The notes: generated by a model from the sequence alone, not told the origin. 14,138 nt of DNA from Paraspadella gotoi (GCA_051294375.1 JBJCIZ010000465.1:1-14138); one strand, 5' to 3'; positions 1 to 8,546 are shown, counted from the first letter of the stretch. A program made the numbers and translations.

Positions 1-31
1 TTTTTTTGTGTCGTTGAGGTCGCGGGTTTCT

Positions 32-1315
32 TTAGTTTTGGGTCACGTGGAGCTTGAGTCTTCTCCTATGATATTTTAGCTTTTGGCCGTTGACCGAGAC
101 AACGTAGTGATTGCCGTCTCTCTCGATGACTCTATGTGGCCCAGAATAAATTCTTTTGACCTTGTTCTCAGCCGTTGTAGTTCCGGTTACTATGAGGTCG
201 CGTCTTGCTAAAACCAGATCACCGACTTTGATGTTTTCCGTTTTTTTGTAGGGGTTGTTCCGGGCCGATTGTTTATACAGCTTAGTTCTTTGGTCTGCGA
301 TTTCGGCCCGGGCTTGTTCCTGCCTGTCTGCCCTTTTTTTGATAAAGTCGATTAGGTTTCTTTTGGTAAAATCGTCCGCGGCTTCAACTATCCTTGGCCT
401 GTGCCCGAATTGGATTTCGTGTGGGGACATTTCGGTTTTCCAACCGATTATCGGGGTGGCGTTGAGGAGTAACATTAGGTGTGGGAGTTGATCTAACCAT
501 TTTCTGGGTTGGTCTTCTACTGTTTTTCTGAGTGCTTGTCTAATTCTGCCGATGTCCCTCTCGGCTCTGTTGCTGTCTTTTCTGCCGACTAATACTCGTC
601 TCCCAACTGTATCTAGGAGATCTAGTATGGACCTCATGGCTTTTCCGTTGAGTTGTGTCGCGCCATCAAAGTTAATCTCCATGTAGGATCCGTGATGAAG
701 GAAAATTTTCTCGTCTAAGGCCTTGNNNNNNNNNNCGGCGTCGGCTCGGCGCAGGGGGATAGCCCAGGTGTAAGCCGACGCATTGTCCGATGCTACGAGG
801 ACGTAGCTGAATCCTGCCACTGTTGGGAGATGCATTACGTCGATGCTGAGTGATTCCCACGGTGTGATGGNNNNNNNNNNTGCTGAGGGCGTCTCGTTGT
901 GCCTTCTCGTATCTGTAGCTTTTGCACAGTTTTCGCAGTTTCTGACACATTTGGCGGCGGCGTTTATTAAGCCTGGTGATGAGATATACTGCGCTGTGAT
1001 GAAAGCCGTACGGTCTCGGCCGGGGTGTCCGAAGTGGTTGTGTAATTTGATAGCCATTTCCTCCTTCGGCTTTGCTGGGGGCACAACGAATTTGGTCGTT
1101 TGATTATTGTTTTTAAAGCCTCTGATGATGAGGATGCCGTTCTCGGTGACGTCCAGATCGGCGAGGCAGTTTGTTAAATATCTTTCGGTGAGATTTTTCC
1201 TTTTTTCCATTTTTTTATTTAAGAAATTTTCTGCGGTCGGTCGGTCATGCTTTTGTAAAGTGTTTATGACGAGTTTGAAAAGTTCATCTTTTTTCTGCCA
1301 GCTTTTACGTTGATG
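32..1315 (-). CDS. Retrotransposon integrase (C-terminal part of pol)
   Basis: HHCC finger (LHNHFGHPG...CENC), DDE core (SIDVMH / NFDGATQ / SNRAERDI), GPY/F-like motif (YSGPHRVI), no chromodomain. The frame is open upstream of the track's Met to 1315 (KSWQKKDELFKLVINTL, a typical pre-IN helix) and is the same frame as RT. Two 10-N gaps at 726-735 and 871-880. Confidence 0.95.
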   Translation of the reverse strand, partial: HQRKSWQKKDELFKLVINTLQKHDRPTAENFLNKKMEKRKNLTERYLTNCLADLDVTENGILIIRGFKNNNQTTKFVVPPAKPKEEMAIKLHNHFGHPGRDRTAFITAQYISSPGLINAAAKCVRNCENCAKATDTRRHNETPSAXXXXITPWESLSIDVMHLPTVAGFSYVLVASDNASAYTWAIPLRRADAXXXXKALDEKIFLHHGSYMEINFDGATQLNGKAMRSILDLLDTVGRRVLVGRKDSNRAERDIGRIRQALRKTVEDQPRKWLDQLPHLMLLLNATPIIGWKTEMSPHEIQFGHRPRIVEAADDFTKRNLIDFIKKRADRQEQARAEIADQRTKLYKQSARNNPYKKTENIKVGDLVLARRDLIVTGTTTAENKVKRIYSGPHRVIERDGNHYVVSVNGQKLKYHRRRLKLHVTQN

Positions 1316-2179
1316 CTAAGGGCAGTAGATCTTTTTGCTTTGTGTGAGGTTGCTTTGTTTCCTCGTTTATTTCCGCTTCCGTGGCGTCGATGTCTGCCTC
1401 CATGGTGCTGTCGATCATTACTTCTCCATCCGCTTGTGGCCAGGTCGTCTCTACTATGTCAACTGCCTGCATGCTCGGGACGGGTGGGCTGGGCGTCTCC
1501 TTATTCTTTGTTTTGTTGTCTTCCAGTTTGATGTTGATGAGGTCGAGGGGGGAGCCGGTCGGCGGGGTGTGTGGCGCTGGTTGGTTGTTTGGGTCTCCCT
1601 CGACGCTCTGGGGGCTTGAGGTTGGCAACGTTTGATGGTTTGGATGGGATGTTCGCGGGCCGTTGTGGTGTTGCATCACTGACCAGGCTGACCTGACCTG
1701 TGATGGTTCTGAAGATCCTAACCTTCCTGTCTCCATCTGGTTTCCGTCTTTTCGTATTTACAACCAGCCTGCTGCATTGATTCTTCTTCCATCAGAACGA
1801 TCGTGATGCCCGTCATCTCGTTCAGGAGTTCAAGCTCGGGGTGGCCTAAGCTCCAGTCCTTGGCAGCAATCGTTCTGATGAATGTGTCTGTGTCTTTGGT
1901 CTTAGGTTTGCCATATAGCCTTTCCATGTTTGGTTTTCTTTCGGCAAACTTTTGGCGGACAAACTCGAAGAATTTTGATCTGAACGCCTTTGTATCCTCT
2001 TGAAGGATATTTGCCATGAGGGTCAGCGTTGGCGCATGCCCGGTGATCAAATCGAGGTGTTCCGGGCTTGTTTGTTCTTCGACTGGGTTTTCGGCGAAGC
2101 CTGCTTCATATTGTCCGTCGATGTCGAAACCGGCGGGGAAGAAGGGCGTGTCCAGCGGAGTTACTTGCCCTTGATCAGT
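1316..2179 (-). other. Extra RNase H-integrase insert: OTU-like domain (1678-2050), AT-hook-like motif (1588-1617), Pro-rich/acidic linker; broken by about 3 frameshifts
   Basis: Best translation joins three frames: ...ITGHAPTLTLMANIL...DTFIRTIAAKDWSLGHPELELLNEMTGITIVLM... / RKPDGDRKVRIFRTITGQVSLVS...KPPERRGRPK / PAPHTPPTGSP...EADIDATEAEINEE. Confidence 0.55.
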
Positions 2180-4294
2180 AAATCTTGTAAGAAAGTCAGC
2201 GGGATTGTCTTCGCTCTTGACGAGGATCACTTCCTTTGGTTGACACTCTTGTCGTATTTCGGTAATCCATCGGAGGACGTTGGTGGGGAGAAGTTGCTGT
2301 CTGTCATGTTGCAGATCCATGATCCTTTTAAAATATTGGGAATCTGTGACGAGAGTGACTCTCCTACCGCACGTGTATCCTTTAAACTTTCTGACCATCA
2401 TGTTGAAGGCCAGGGTCTCGAGAATGTTTATGTGCTTAATCCTGTATTCTTCAGGGAAAGACTTTGAGTGAAAAGATAATGGGTACTCAACGCCGTCAGC
2501 AGTGGCGGTGATGAGGCCGCCCATTGCGCTGGTGCTGGCGTCGGCGTAGATCCTGTAGGAGCCATGTTTTATTTTGGCGTCATTAAGGAAGTTTAGTCCT
2601 GGGGAGGATTTGATCTCATCAATGAGCGTTTGTAGCATTGATATGTGTTTCTCCGAGAGTTTGAAATCTTTCTTTTCTAAAAGCGTGAGGGCATGAAGCG
2701 GTTGGGCAATATATGAAAAGCGATGTGTAAAACATCTATAGTAGTTTAGAGAAGCGAGCATCGCTCTGAGCTCCTTTTGGGTTTTGAGAGTTTTGAGTTT
2801 TAGTTCAACCGCTTCAAGTTTGGCTTTTTGAGGCATGAGTTTGCTCTTGGAGATGCTAAATCCCAAGATTTTTATATCCTCTTTGCGGAGAAGGACGCTC
2901 TTGGTCCATTTGAGAACGACGTTCTCATCCCTGCATCTCTGAAGGAGGTCGCGGAGTCTCTGTGCCATGTCTTCCGGTGATTTCGCGGTTAGGATCAGGT
3001 CATCTACGTATACAAGGAAGCTCTTGACATCCGTTCCCAGATCCTGGAAGATTTCGTCGAGAATCGCCTGAAGCACATTTACGCTGTTGACTCCTCCCAT
3101 AGGTAGCTTGTTCATCCACCAGTTGTGGCCGGCTCCCGCAAAGGTAGTGACGGGCTTGCATCGCTCAGCCAGGTTCACCTGATGGAAGCAGGCGAGGATA
3201 TCCACTGAGCATTGGAGTTCATGAGGCTTGTATTGCTCGAGGATGGATGTGATTGTTTGCGGTTCGGTGGCGTACGTTGATATATTGTTGTTGACTGCTG
3301 ATAAATCACAAATAAGCCTCCACTGCTTAGCGAAGGTCTCGTCATTCATTTCGTCTTGACCTTCGGCAATGTGGCCTGGTTTCTTAATGAGAAAGGCATT
3401 CGAGTAGGCCTCGTTCCTGGTCCTGGAGACGATGCCTGCCTTCTCATAAACCTCCAGGTACCTTTTTAGAGCGGCCTTTTTTACAGGTCCCTGGTTTGCA
3501 AATTTTGGCTTTGGCAGATTTTCATTCGTGTAACCGAGGTCAACTCTGTAATTTAAGAATCCCTCCTTGCAATCATTGATTGTTTCTCCGAACACATCTC
3601 TGTATTGCCAGACTATCTCCCAGACTAGGTGAGCTTTTTCTCTTAGGCTGGGGTCGACGTCTTTGAATGGCTTGAGAAATTCTTCTTTGCCTCGTGCGTC
3701 GTGCTTTTCTTTCCTCTTTTGGCGTGCCTCTTCCACAGCTCGCAGTTCTTCTTCTGTGGGTTTGTGGTGAACGATAGTTGTGGCTGGTATGTGGTCTTTC
3801 CTTACTTTTCGTAGTAAGGGTTTATCCCCTGATATATCTGCCTGGACGGGTTCAGCCGTGGCTTCTGTTTCGAGGCCGAGGTCCATCTTTGCCTCATTTG
3901 TGATTAGTGGTCGCGCGAATCCCCATGATCCGGGGTCAGTGTCTATTTCCACTCCCTCGCGGAGTTGGTCTCCATCCACGATGTAGGCTTTTTCATTCGT
4001 AGATTCGATTATCCATTTGGATCCGGAGAGAGTTTTCCAGTAGGGCCGGCTTGTCATGAGTCTGACTGTTCCCTCGGCGTCGCGTTCGGCGTGTACAGGC
4101 AGAGTTGTCTCCTCATCCAGGTTGCCGTGTGCCAGCCATCTGGCGGCCTTTAAGGCTTCATATTTTTCCCTGAAGAGGTGGGTGATGGGTTTTCCAGCCA
4201 TCGATGCTATTTGCAAATTTTCCCTCTGGTTTGAGGGTTGTACCACCCAGAGTTGTTCTGCTGGGCCTGGGTTTGTTACTGCTGTTCCAATGAT
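1718..4294 (-). CDS. pol: pol: end of protease, spacer, reverse transcriptase, RNase H, start of extra insert
   Basis: RT motifs WRLICDLSAVN, VDILACFHQV, KLPMGGVNS and LVYVDDLIL (YVDD at 2999-3010); RNase H motifs YADAS, LETLA, LVTDSQ and NPADFLTRF. Upstream of the track start the frame reads IIGTAVTNPGPAEQLW, the protease C-terminal hydrophobic-hydrophobic-Gly motif. Confidence 0.96.
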   Translation of the reverse strand: MIGTAVTNPGPAEQLWVVQPSNQRENLQIASMAGKPITHLFREKYEALKAARWLAHGNLDEETTLPVHAERDAEGTVRLMTSRPYWKTLSGSKWIIESTNEKAYIVDGDQLREGVEIDTDPGSWGFARPLITNEAKMDLGLETEATAEPVQADISGDKPLLRKVRKDHIPATTIVHHKPTEEELRAVEEARQKRKEKHDARGKEEFLKPFKDVDPSLREKAHLVWEIVWQYRDVFGETINDCKEGFLNYRVDLGYTNENLPKPKFANQGPVKKAALKRYLEVYEKAGIVSRTRNEAYSNAFLIKKPGHIAEGQDEMNDETFAKQWRLICDLSAVNNNISTYATEPQTITSILEQYKPHELQCSVDILACFHQVNLAERCKPVTTFAGAGHNWWMNKLPMGGVNSVNVLQAILDEIFQDLGTDVKSFLVYVDDLILTAKSPEDMAQRLRDLLQRCRDENVVLKWTKSVLLRKEDIKILGFSISKSKLMPQKAKLEAVELKLKTLKTQKELRAMLASLNYYRCFTHRFSYIAQPLHALTLLEKKDFKLSEKHISMLQTLIDEIKSSPGLNFLNDAKIKHGSYRIYADASTSAMGGLITATADGVEYPLSFHSKSFPEEYRIKHINILETLAFNMMVRKFKGYTCGRRVTLVTDSQYFKRIMDLQHDRQQLLPTNVLRWITEIRQECQPKEVILVKSEDNPADFLTRFTDQGQVTPLDTPFFPAGFDIDGQYEAGFAENPVEEQTSPEHLDLITGHAPTLTLMANILQEDTKAFRSKFFEFVRQKFAERKPNMERLYGKPKTKDTDTFIRTIAAKDWSLGHPELELLNEMTGITIVLMEEESMQQAGCKYEKTETRWRQEG

Positions 4295-5603
4295 TGATGT
4301 CTAGATCGTTTTCATCGGCGGATATGTAAAACACAGTTTTTAGCACCCACTTTTGAAACATCACCCTAAGGTCGATTCTTTCGGTTAGGGTGATTGTGCC
4401 TGTGGCGGTTGACAGGCGAAGGGGGGGTCCGTGGTAAATTTTACTGCTGAGAGACCATTTTTCAATGAATTTTCTTGGTACTGTATTTACTGAAGCTCCT
4501 GTATCATATAGACAGCTGGCAGGTACTCCCGCGATGACTGCAGGTATGTAGCTATTTTTCCCAGAGTGACAAATCTTTTCCGTGTCATCCCTGGGTTCTG
4601 GGCCCTGTTCACTTTGAATGATGTTTGTTACTCTTTCAGGGAGAGGAGGCATGTCCTTTTCGTCTTTGGTGGATGCCGGTTTGATTTGGTGGTGGAAGAT
4701 GTTCTCTGGCTGGTGACATTCTAGTTCTACTCGTCGAATAGTGGCCTGGTGGAGTGATTCACCAGTTTGTCCACCTGCTACGATGCAGTATGTAGGATTT
4801 CCCTTATCTCCTGTTGGTCGGAGTTTCCTGAGGCTCGGCCTTTCGTTTCTCCGGTTGGGATTGGGCCTGTTCTTTTGTTTTGGCGGTTCCTCGGTCGGGA
4901 AGGCGAGTGGTAGGTCGGAAAACGGCAGGACGGAAAGTGGGATTTCAGTATCCGGTTTTTTTGTTGTTCCCGGATCTTGTTTTTTAAAGTTTTCGATATC
5001 CTTTCTTTCTGCTCGTCGTGCGAGTTTGGCGCAGGCTTTTGATCTAGAGATCCTGGCTTTTTTTTCACCATCGTCGGCTTTCGTCCAATCTTTCCATCCT
5101 AACTTATGTAGGAATTTGTTTGCCAAGGCAATTTCCTTAGCGTCGAGAGGTTTGAAAAGCTTATGCATTCGCGAAGCTGTTGACCTTCCTCGGAACTGGT
5201 TTGCTGTTTCGGCTAAGTTTTTGATTTTTAGCCTAACTGATTCATCGATGCCATTTGTTTTTATCTCCTTAATTTTATCTCCAAGTGATCTGTAATTCTC
5301 TTTTAGCTTTTTTTGTAAAAGTTCTTTCTTGGATCTAAGATTTTTATGGATAACGCAGTTGTAATAATAAGTATCTTTATTAACATCAATATCATCGGCA
5401 GAGTCAATATCCAGATTTTCCGTTAAGTCTACAATGTCGCGACGATTTCCAAAGCTCGGCCCCTTTTTCCCCCTTTTGTCATCGCGCCAGTTGGATCTTT
5501 TTTCGTTTTTCCAATCCCGGGCTTTGTTGTTGTTGTGTTTGTAAGCCTTTTCTTTCGTAAGCTCTATCCGGGCTGTACCTGTCCCGGCGGTCGTCGCGGT
5601 CAT
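4295..5603 (-). CDS. Gag C-terminal basic region, unknown conserved domain and aspartic protease
   Basis: Retropepsin active site CLYDTGAS (DTG at 4497-4505) and flap LSTATG. A one-base frameshift at about 4295 (gac atc a atc att gga = DI/IIG) joins it to the RT frame. Confidence 0.9.
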
Positions 5604-6927
5604 CGGCGTTCGTAACGGCGTTCTGTTCGTCCTCTTCGTCCTGATTTGTCGAGCTCCTTCTTCATCTCCTTCATCATCTCACTCATATTATTAATCTCCT
5701 GCAGTACCGATCCTTGTAAGACTGTGGCGCTGTTGTTGGGGTCTTTGTCCGTTTGTCCTTTTTGGACAAGGGCGTTCACTAATTTCTCCTTGTCCTCGTC
5801 GGAGACTGTCTTGACAATTTTCTAGCGGCGCCGTCGCCGGTTTTCTTTAGGTAACCGCGCAGTTTATATTCGATTGCTTTACCGAGTCTGCGCGTTTGCC
5901 TTTTTCAAGGAGAGTCGTCCACTCCAGGGTCTCGGATGTGATGCCAGGGACGTAGGGTTCAAGTGCCTCACCAGCATCTGTGCGACGTAGTCAGGGATAG
6001 AGGCTCTGTCTTTCTCCCTGACTGTTTCAAAATTTTCTTTGGCCGCGTTGACAAGGGCTAGGCCGTACTTTGCATGTACTTGAGGGTCACCTCAATTTTT
6101 GCTTCAGCGAGGGCCTCCGCTATGCTCACGGATGATCCCTCGCACAAGGCGCGTAGTCCTAACCACATCGATTGATTGATGGGTTCGATGAACCTGCTCG
6201 CGATTTTATCGCGAGCAAGGAGGGCGCGAAGCTGCTGGTCAACCTTATCGGTTGCTGGAGAGTCTTTAAAAGCTTCGTAGAAGCTGCGGAGGAATTCTTC
6301 AGGTGCTTCGTTGCTCCTCCTTTTTTCGAGCTTGATGGGTTGGTCAGAAGGGTATATGATGGCGGGTCGCTGCGGCCGCTTTCAGAAGGGGCGTCCTCCT
6401 GTTGAGGGCGATTGTCCCTTGTGGGTTGTTGAGTTAGGTAAGAGTTGCTTGGTTGTTGTCGAGCGAGGATGGGGTAGATGGAGGACGGGGGTGGGGTTGG
6501 GCGATTCCGTTAATCGGGGTTGATGCCGTGGTTTTCGTGTTTGTTTGAAATTCGCGATTTTCTTTGCCTATTCGCGGGTTTGGTCATCATTTCCTTCATC
6601 ATTGTATAAGTTCGCCTAGCTTGGATCCGGTTGCATTTCGGTTTGATCCAAGCGTGAGTTTATTTTTGCTTCGCTTCGTCGATCCGTTTGGTTCATTTGC
6701 TGATAATTTTGTTGTTGCTTTAGGTTATTGTCATTCATCAATTTTAGGAATTTGGCGAACACTTTCTGCCTGCTTGTTTTCTTGCAGGCACTGTTCTCGT
6801 AGCGCTCCTGATACTTCGAAAGTGTGGAAGTCCAGGTCGATACTACCGCCTTCGCTTTCGGTAGAACTGCCGGGCGCCTCGGCGGTGCCAGAGCCGTCAT
6901 CATTTCCTTTCTGATGGCGAAGTCCAT
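5604..6927 (-). pseudogene. gag: gag (capsid), disrupted by multiple frameshifts
   Basis: Located between PBS and protease. Manual translation across frames gives capsid-like EAPEEFLRSFYEAFKD (~6306-6259) and an MHR-like FETVREKDRASIPDYVAQM (~6032-5974). Candidate start MDFAIRKEM at 6927. At least 6 frame changes are needed. Confidence 0.75.
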
Positions 6928-6989
6928 CTTCTTGACAGGTGTGGTCGTAGTGGCAAGGCTTTGTCTCTTCTTATTGGAGTCGTGGTTTG

Positions 6990-7010
6990 TCGAATCTACT
7001 CCTGTCACCA
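6990..7010 (-). promoter_or_regulatory. Primer-binding site, probably tRNA-Leu
   Basis: Minus strand TGGTGACAGGAGTAGATTCGA. The plus strand TCGAATCTACTCCTGTCACCA reads as a tRNA 3' end (T-loop TCGAAT, acceptor strand TCCTGTC, discriminator A, CCA), close to eukaryotic tRNA-Leu ends (...TTCGAATCCCACTCCTGACACCA). Confidence 0.85.
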
Positions 7011-7477
7011 CATTTAAGTAAATAGACAGAGATTTCAACATGAAACCAAAAGTGGATTTTATTCTGAGAAATATAACAAGCGAAGAACGGTGTGAGACAG
7101 AATGAAATCAATGCAAAAACGTTTCCTATTTATACAGGGCAACCGGACCAACGACGTGGGCTTCTTTTCCCGATGGCATGAAGCCCCTCTTCTCATTGGT
7201 CAGGTTCCGATGGTGATTCATCCAATCATCGAGTCCTTGGTTGAAATCACTCGAGTCGCCGATCCGATTCAATTCCGATTCGATTCCGATTCTGTTCCTT
7301 CGATGGTATAATGAAAAACAGAGTAAAAAGCCAAAACGATAAAAATAATAACAATAACAACTGGTATTTACATTGGCTGAGAAAAAGATCAGCCATAACA
7401 AGGTCATTAAGGTTCAGGTAAAACAGGTCATTCTTATTGACCACTACGGTACTACGGGTCACAAAGTACAAAGACTT
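7011..7477 (-). repeat. 5' LTR (outer boundary uncertain, ~7372-7477)
   Basis: Directly upstream of the PBS; contains promoter and polyA signals in U3-R-U5 order and a (CCGATT)-like micro-repeat at 7259-7292. The partner LTR is not in the window. Confidence 0.7.
7058..7134 (-). promoter_or_regulatory. LTR core promoter and polyadenylation signal
   Basis: TATAAATA at 7134-7127; TCATTC initiator at 7105-7100 with its A 31 nt from the first T of TATA; AATAAA at 7063-7058; CCAAT at 7199-7195. Confidence 0.8.
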
Positions 7478-7530
7478 CATCGTCGTCTTCGTCGTTGTTT
7501 TCGTCGTCGTTTTCGTCGCCGTCGTCGTCT
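7477..7530 (+). repeat. Imperfect (CGT)n microsatellite
   Basis: tcatcgtcgtcttcgtcgttgttttcgtcgtcgttttcgtcgccgtcgtcgtct. Confidence 0.85.
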
Positions 7531-7560
7531 TTGTTCATATCATTTGATCTCCCAAAATAT

Positions 7561-7658
7561 TAATTAATTACAAAAATTTTAAATTAATTAATTATCTGAT
7601 CAGCTGCTTACCACTAATAATCATGCGCAGATCTGGCATTGTTTGCTTAAACTTGTTT
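7561..7658 (+). mobile_element. 3' end of a HINE/DINE-1-like repeat related to the 10103-11403 element
   Basis: (TTAA)n tract, then GCAGATCTggcattgtttgcttAAACTTGTT (7627-7657), paralleling (TTAA)n plus GCAGATCCaatattttttgctcAAACTTGTT at 11373-11403. Confidence 0.6.
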
Positions 7659-7663
7659 ATCGT

Positions 7664-7677
7664 TTAATGAAACCTAT
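7664..7677 (-). pseudogene. Probable start of the next fucosidase exon, truncated (G|AT AGG TTT CAT TAA = DRFH*)
   Basis: A 54-nt GT...AG intron (7731-7678) in the right phase gives TCG-DRFH, matching the conserved GH29 C-x-D-[RK]-[FY]; a stop follows immediately. The acceptor has a weak pyrimidine tract. Confidence 0.5.
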
Positions 7678-7731
7678 CTTCTTCCGTTGTTGTAATAAAA
7701 TCAATTTTTTCTCCAAAAAATAGTGACTTAC

Positions 7732-7987
7732 CCCCACAAGTCCAGTATCCGCCATGATGACAATAACTCCCAATGCCCCATCGATCATTGACAATGATCT
7801 TGTCCTTGACTGGGCTTTCATTGTAGAGCCAAGTCAAGAATAGCGTGGAGTTCCAATACCAAGGCAATTGGTGCCATGCCCCATCGCTCCAAAGAAGATC
7901 CGGTTCATATTTTTCAATGAGCTCTTGAAGATCTGGATAACTCTTGGTCGTGATAAAATCGTTGGTTTGAAGATTGTTCGCTACGTC
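7732..7987 (-). CDS. Alpha-L-fucosidase (GH29, FUCA1/FUCA2-like) exon containing the catalytic nucleophile
   Basis: cag| DVANNLQTNDFITTKSYPDLQELIEKYEPDLLWSDGAWHQLPWYWNSTLFLTWLYNESPVKDKIIVNDRWGIGSYCHHGGYWTCG |gtaagt; WSDG nucleophile motif, WLYNxSPVKD and VNDRWG; phase 0 in, phase 1 out. Confidence 0.93.
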
Positions 7988-8185
7988 CTGGAATGATTTT
8001 TTTAAAAAGATCGATGGTCAAAAATGAGCCTTTATTTTAACTTTTTTGGACTTTTTTGGCATTAAAGTAAAATTAAAAAGCCTTTGTTAGTATCACTCTA
8101 TGAATATTACTTTAAAATAGATACTAAGCTTAAAACAAAAAAACAAAACAAAATAAAATCAATATCAAATCAATCAAATCCTTAC

Positions 8186-8324
8186 CCTAATATAGAGAGG
8201 ATTGAACCATTCGAACCAAGAGTAATAAACTCCAAACTTCATGTCAGACTTCTTTCTGACAGCATCAGCCATTTCACCGACAATATCTCTTTTGGGACCA
8301 ACATCGAGAGAATTCCAGTTGAAA
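8186..8324 (-). CDS. Alpha-L-fucosidase (GH29) exon
   Basis: cag| (S)[46 protein letters not shown] |gtaag; 139 nt; splices in frame to the 7987 exon across a 198-nt intron. Confidence 0.93.
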
Positions 8325-8546
8325 CTGAATTGAAAGAAAAAATGAAAGAGGGAGGTCATGATAAAAGATTGAGAGGAAATGAAATGAAATGAAAGTAGAA
8401 TTAATAATAAACGGTGAACTTAGGTAATATTTTGCCTGATTAACTAAGCAAAGTGTCACTCAAATTACCAATGTAAAGAAAAGATTTTTCTAAATTAAGA
8501 TAGGCAATTTTTGAATCAATTTTTTTTTAAAAATAAAACAATATAT

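Larger units (their letters stand above)
1..7477 (-). mobile_element. Ty3/Gypsy LTR retrotransposon (5' LTR-PBS-gag-PR-RT-RH-IN); 3' end runs off the window; outer LTR boundary approximate
   Basis: Domain order PR-RT-RH-IN on the minus strand is the Ty3/Gypsy order; PBS at 6990-7010; promoter and polyA signals immediately upstream of the PBS. Confidence 0.95.

Noticed and set aside
1718-1720. Stop-codon readthrough from RT into integrase (same frame)
   Set aside because: Another stop follows within about 14 codons in that frame; compensating frameshifts explain the data better.
4741-5295. Antisense ORFs (184 aa here, 155 aa at 13548-14015) opposite the shared domain
   Set aside because: Expected shadows of lysine-rich coding sequence on the other strand; their similarity follows from the sense-strand homology.
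6990-7010. tRNA gene
   Set aside because: Only the 3' ~21 nt including CCA are present, with no cloverleaf; it is a PBS.
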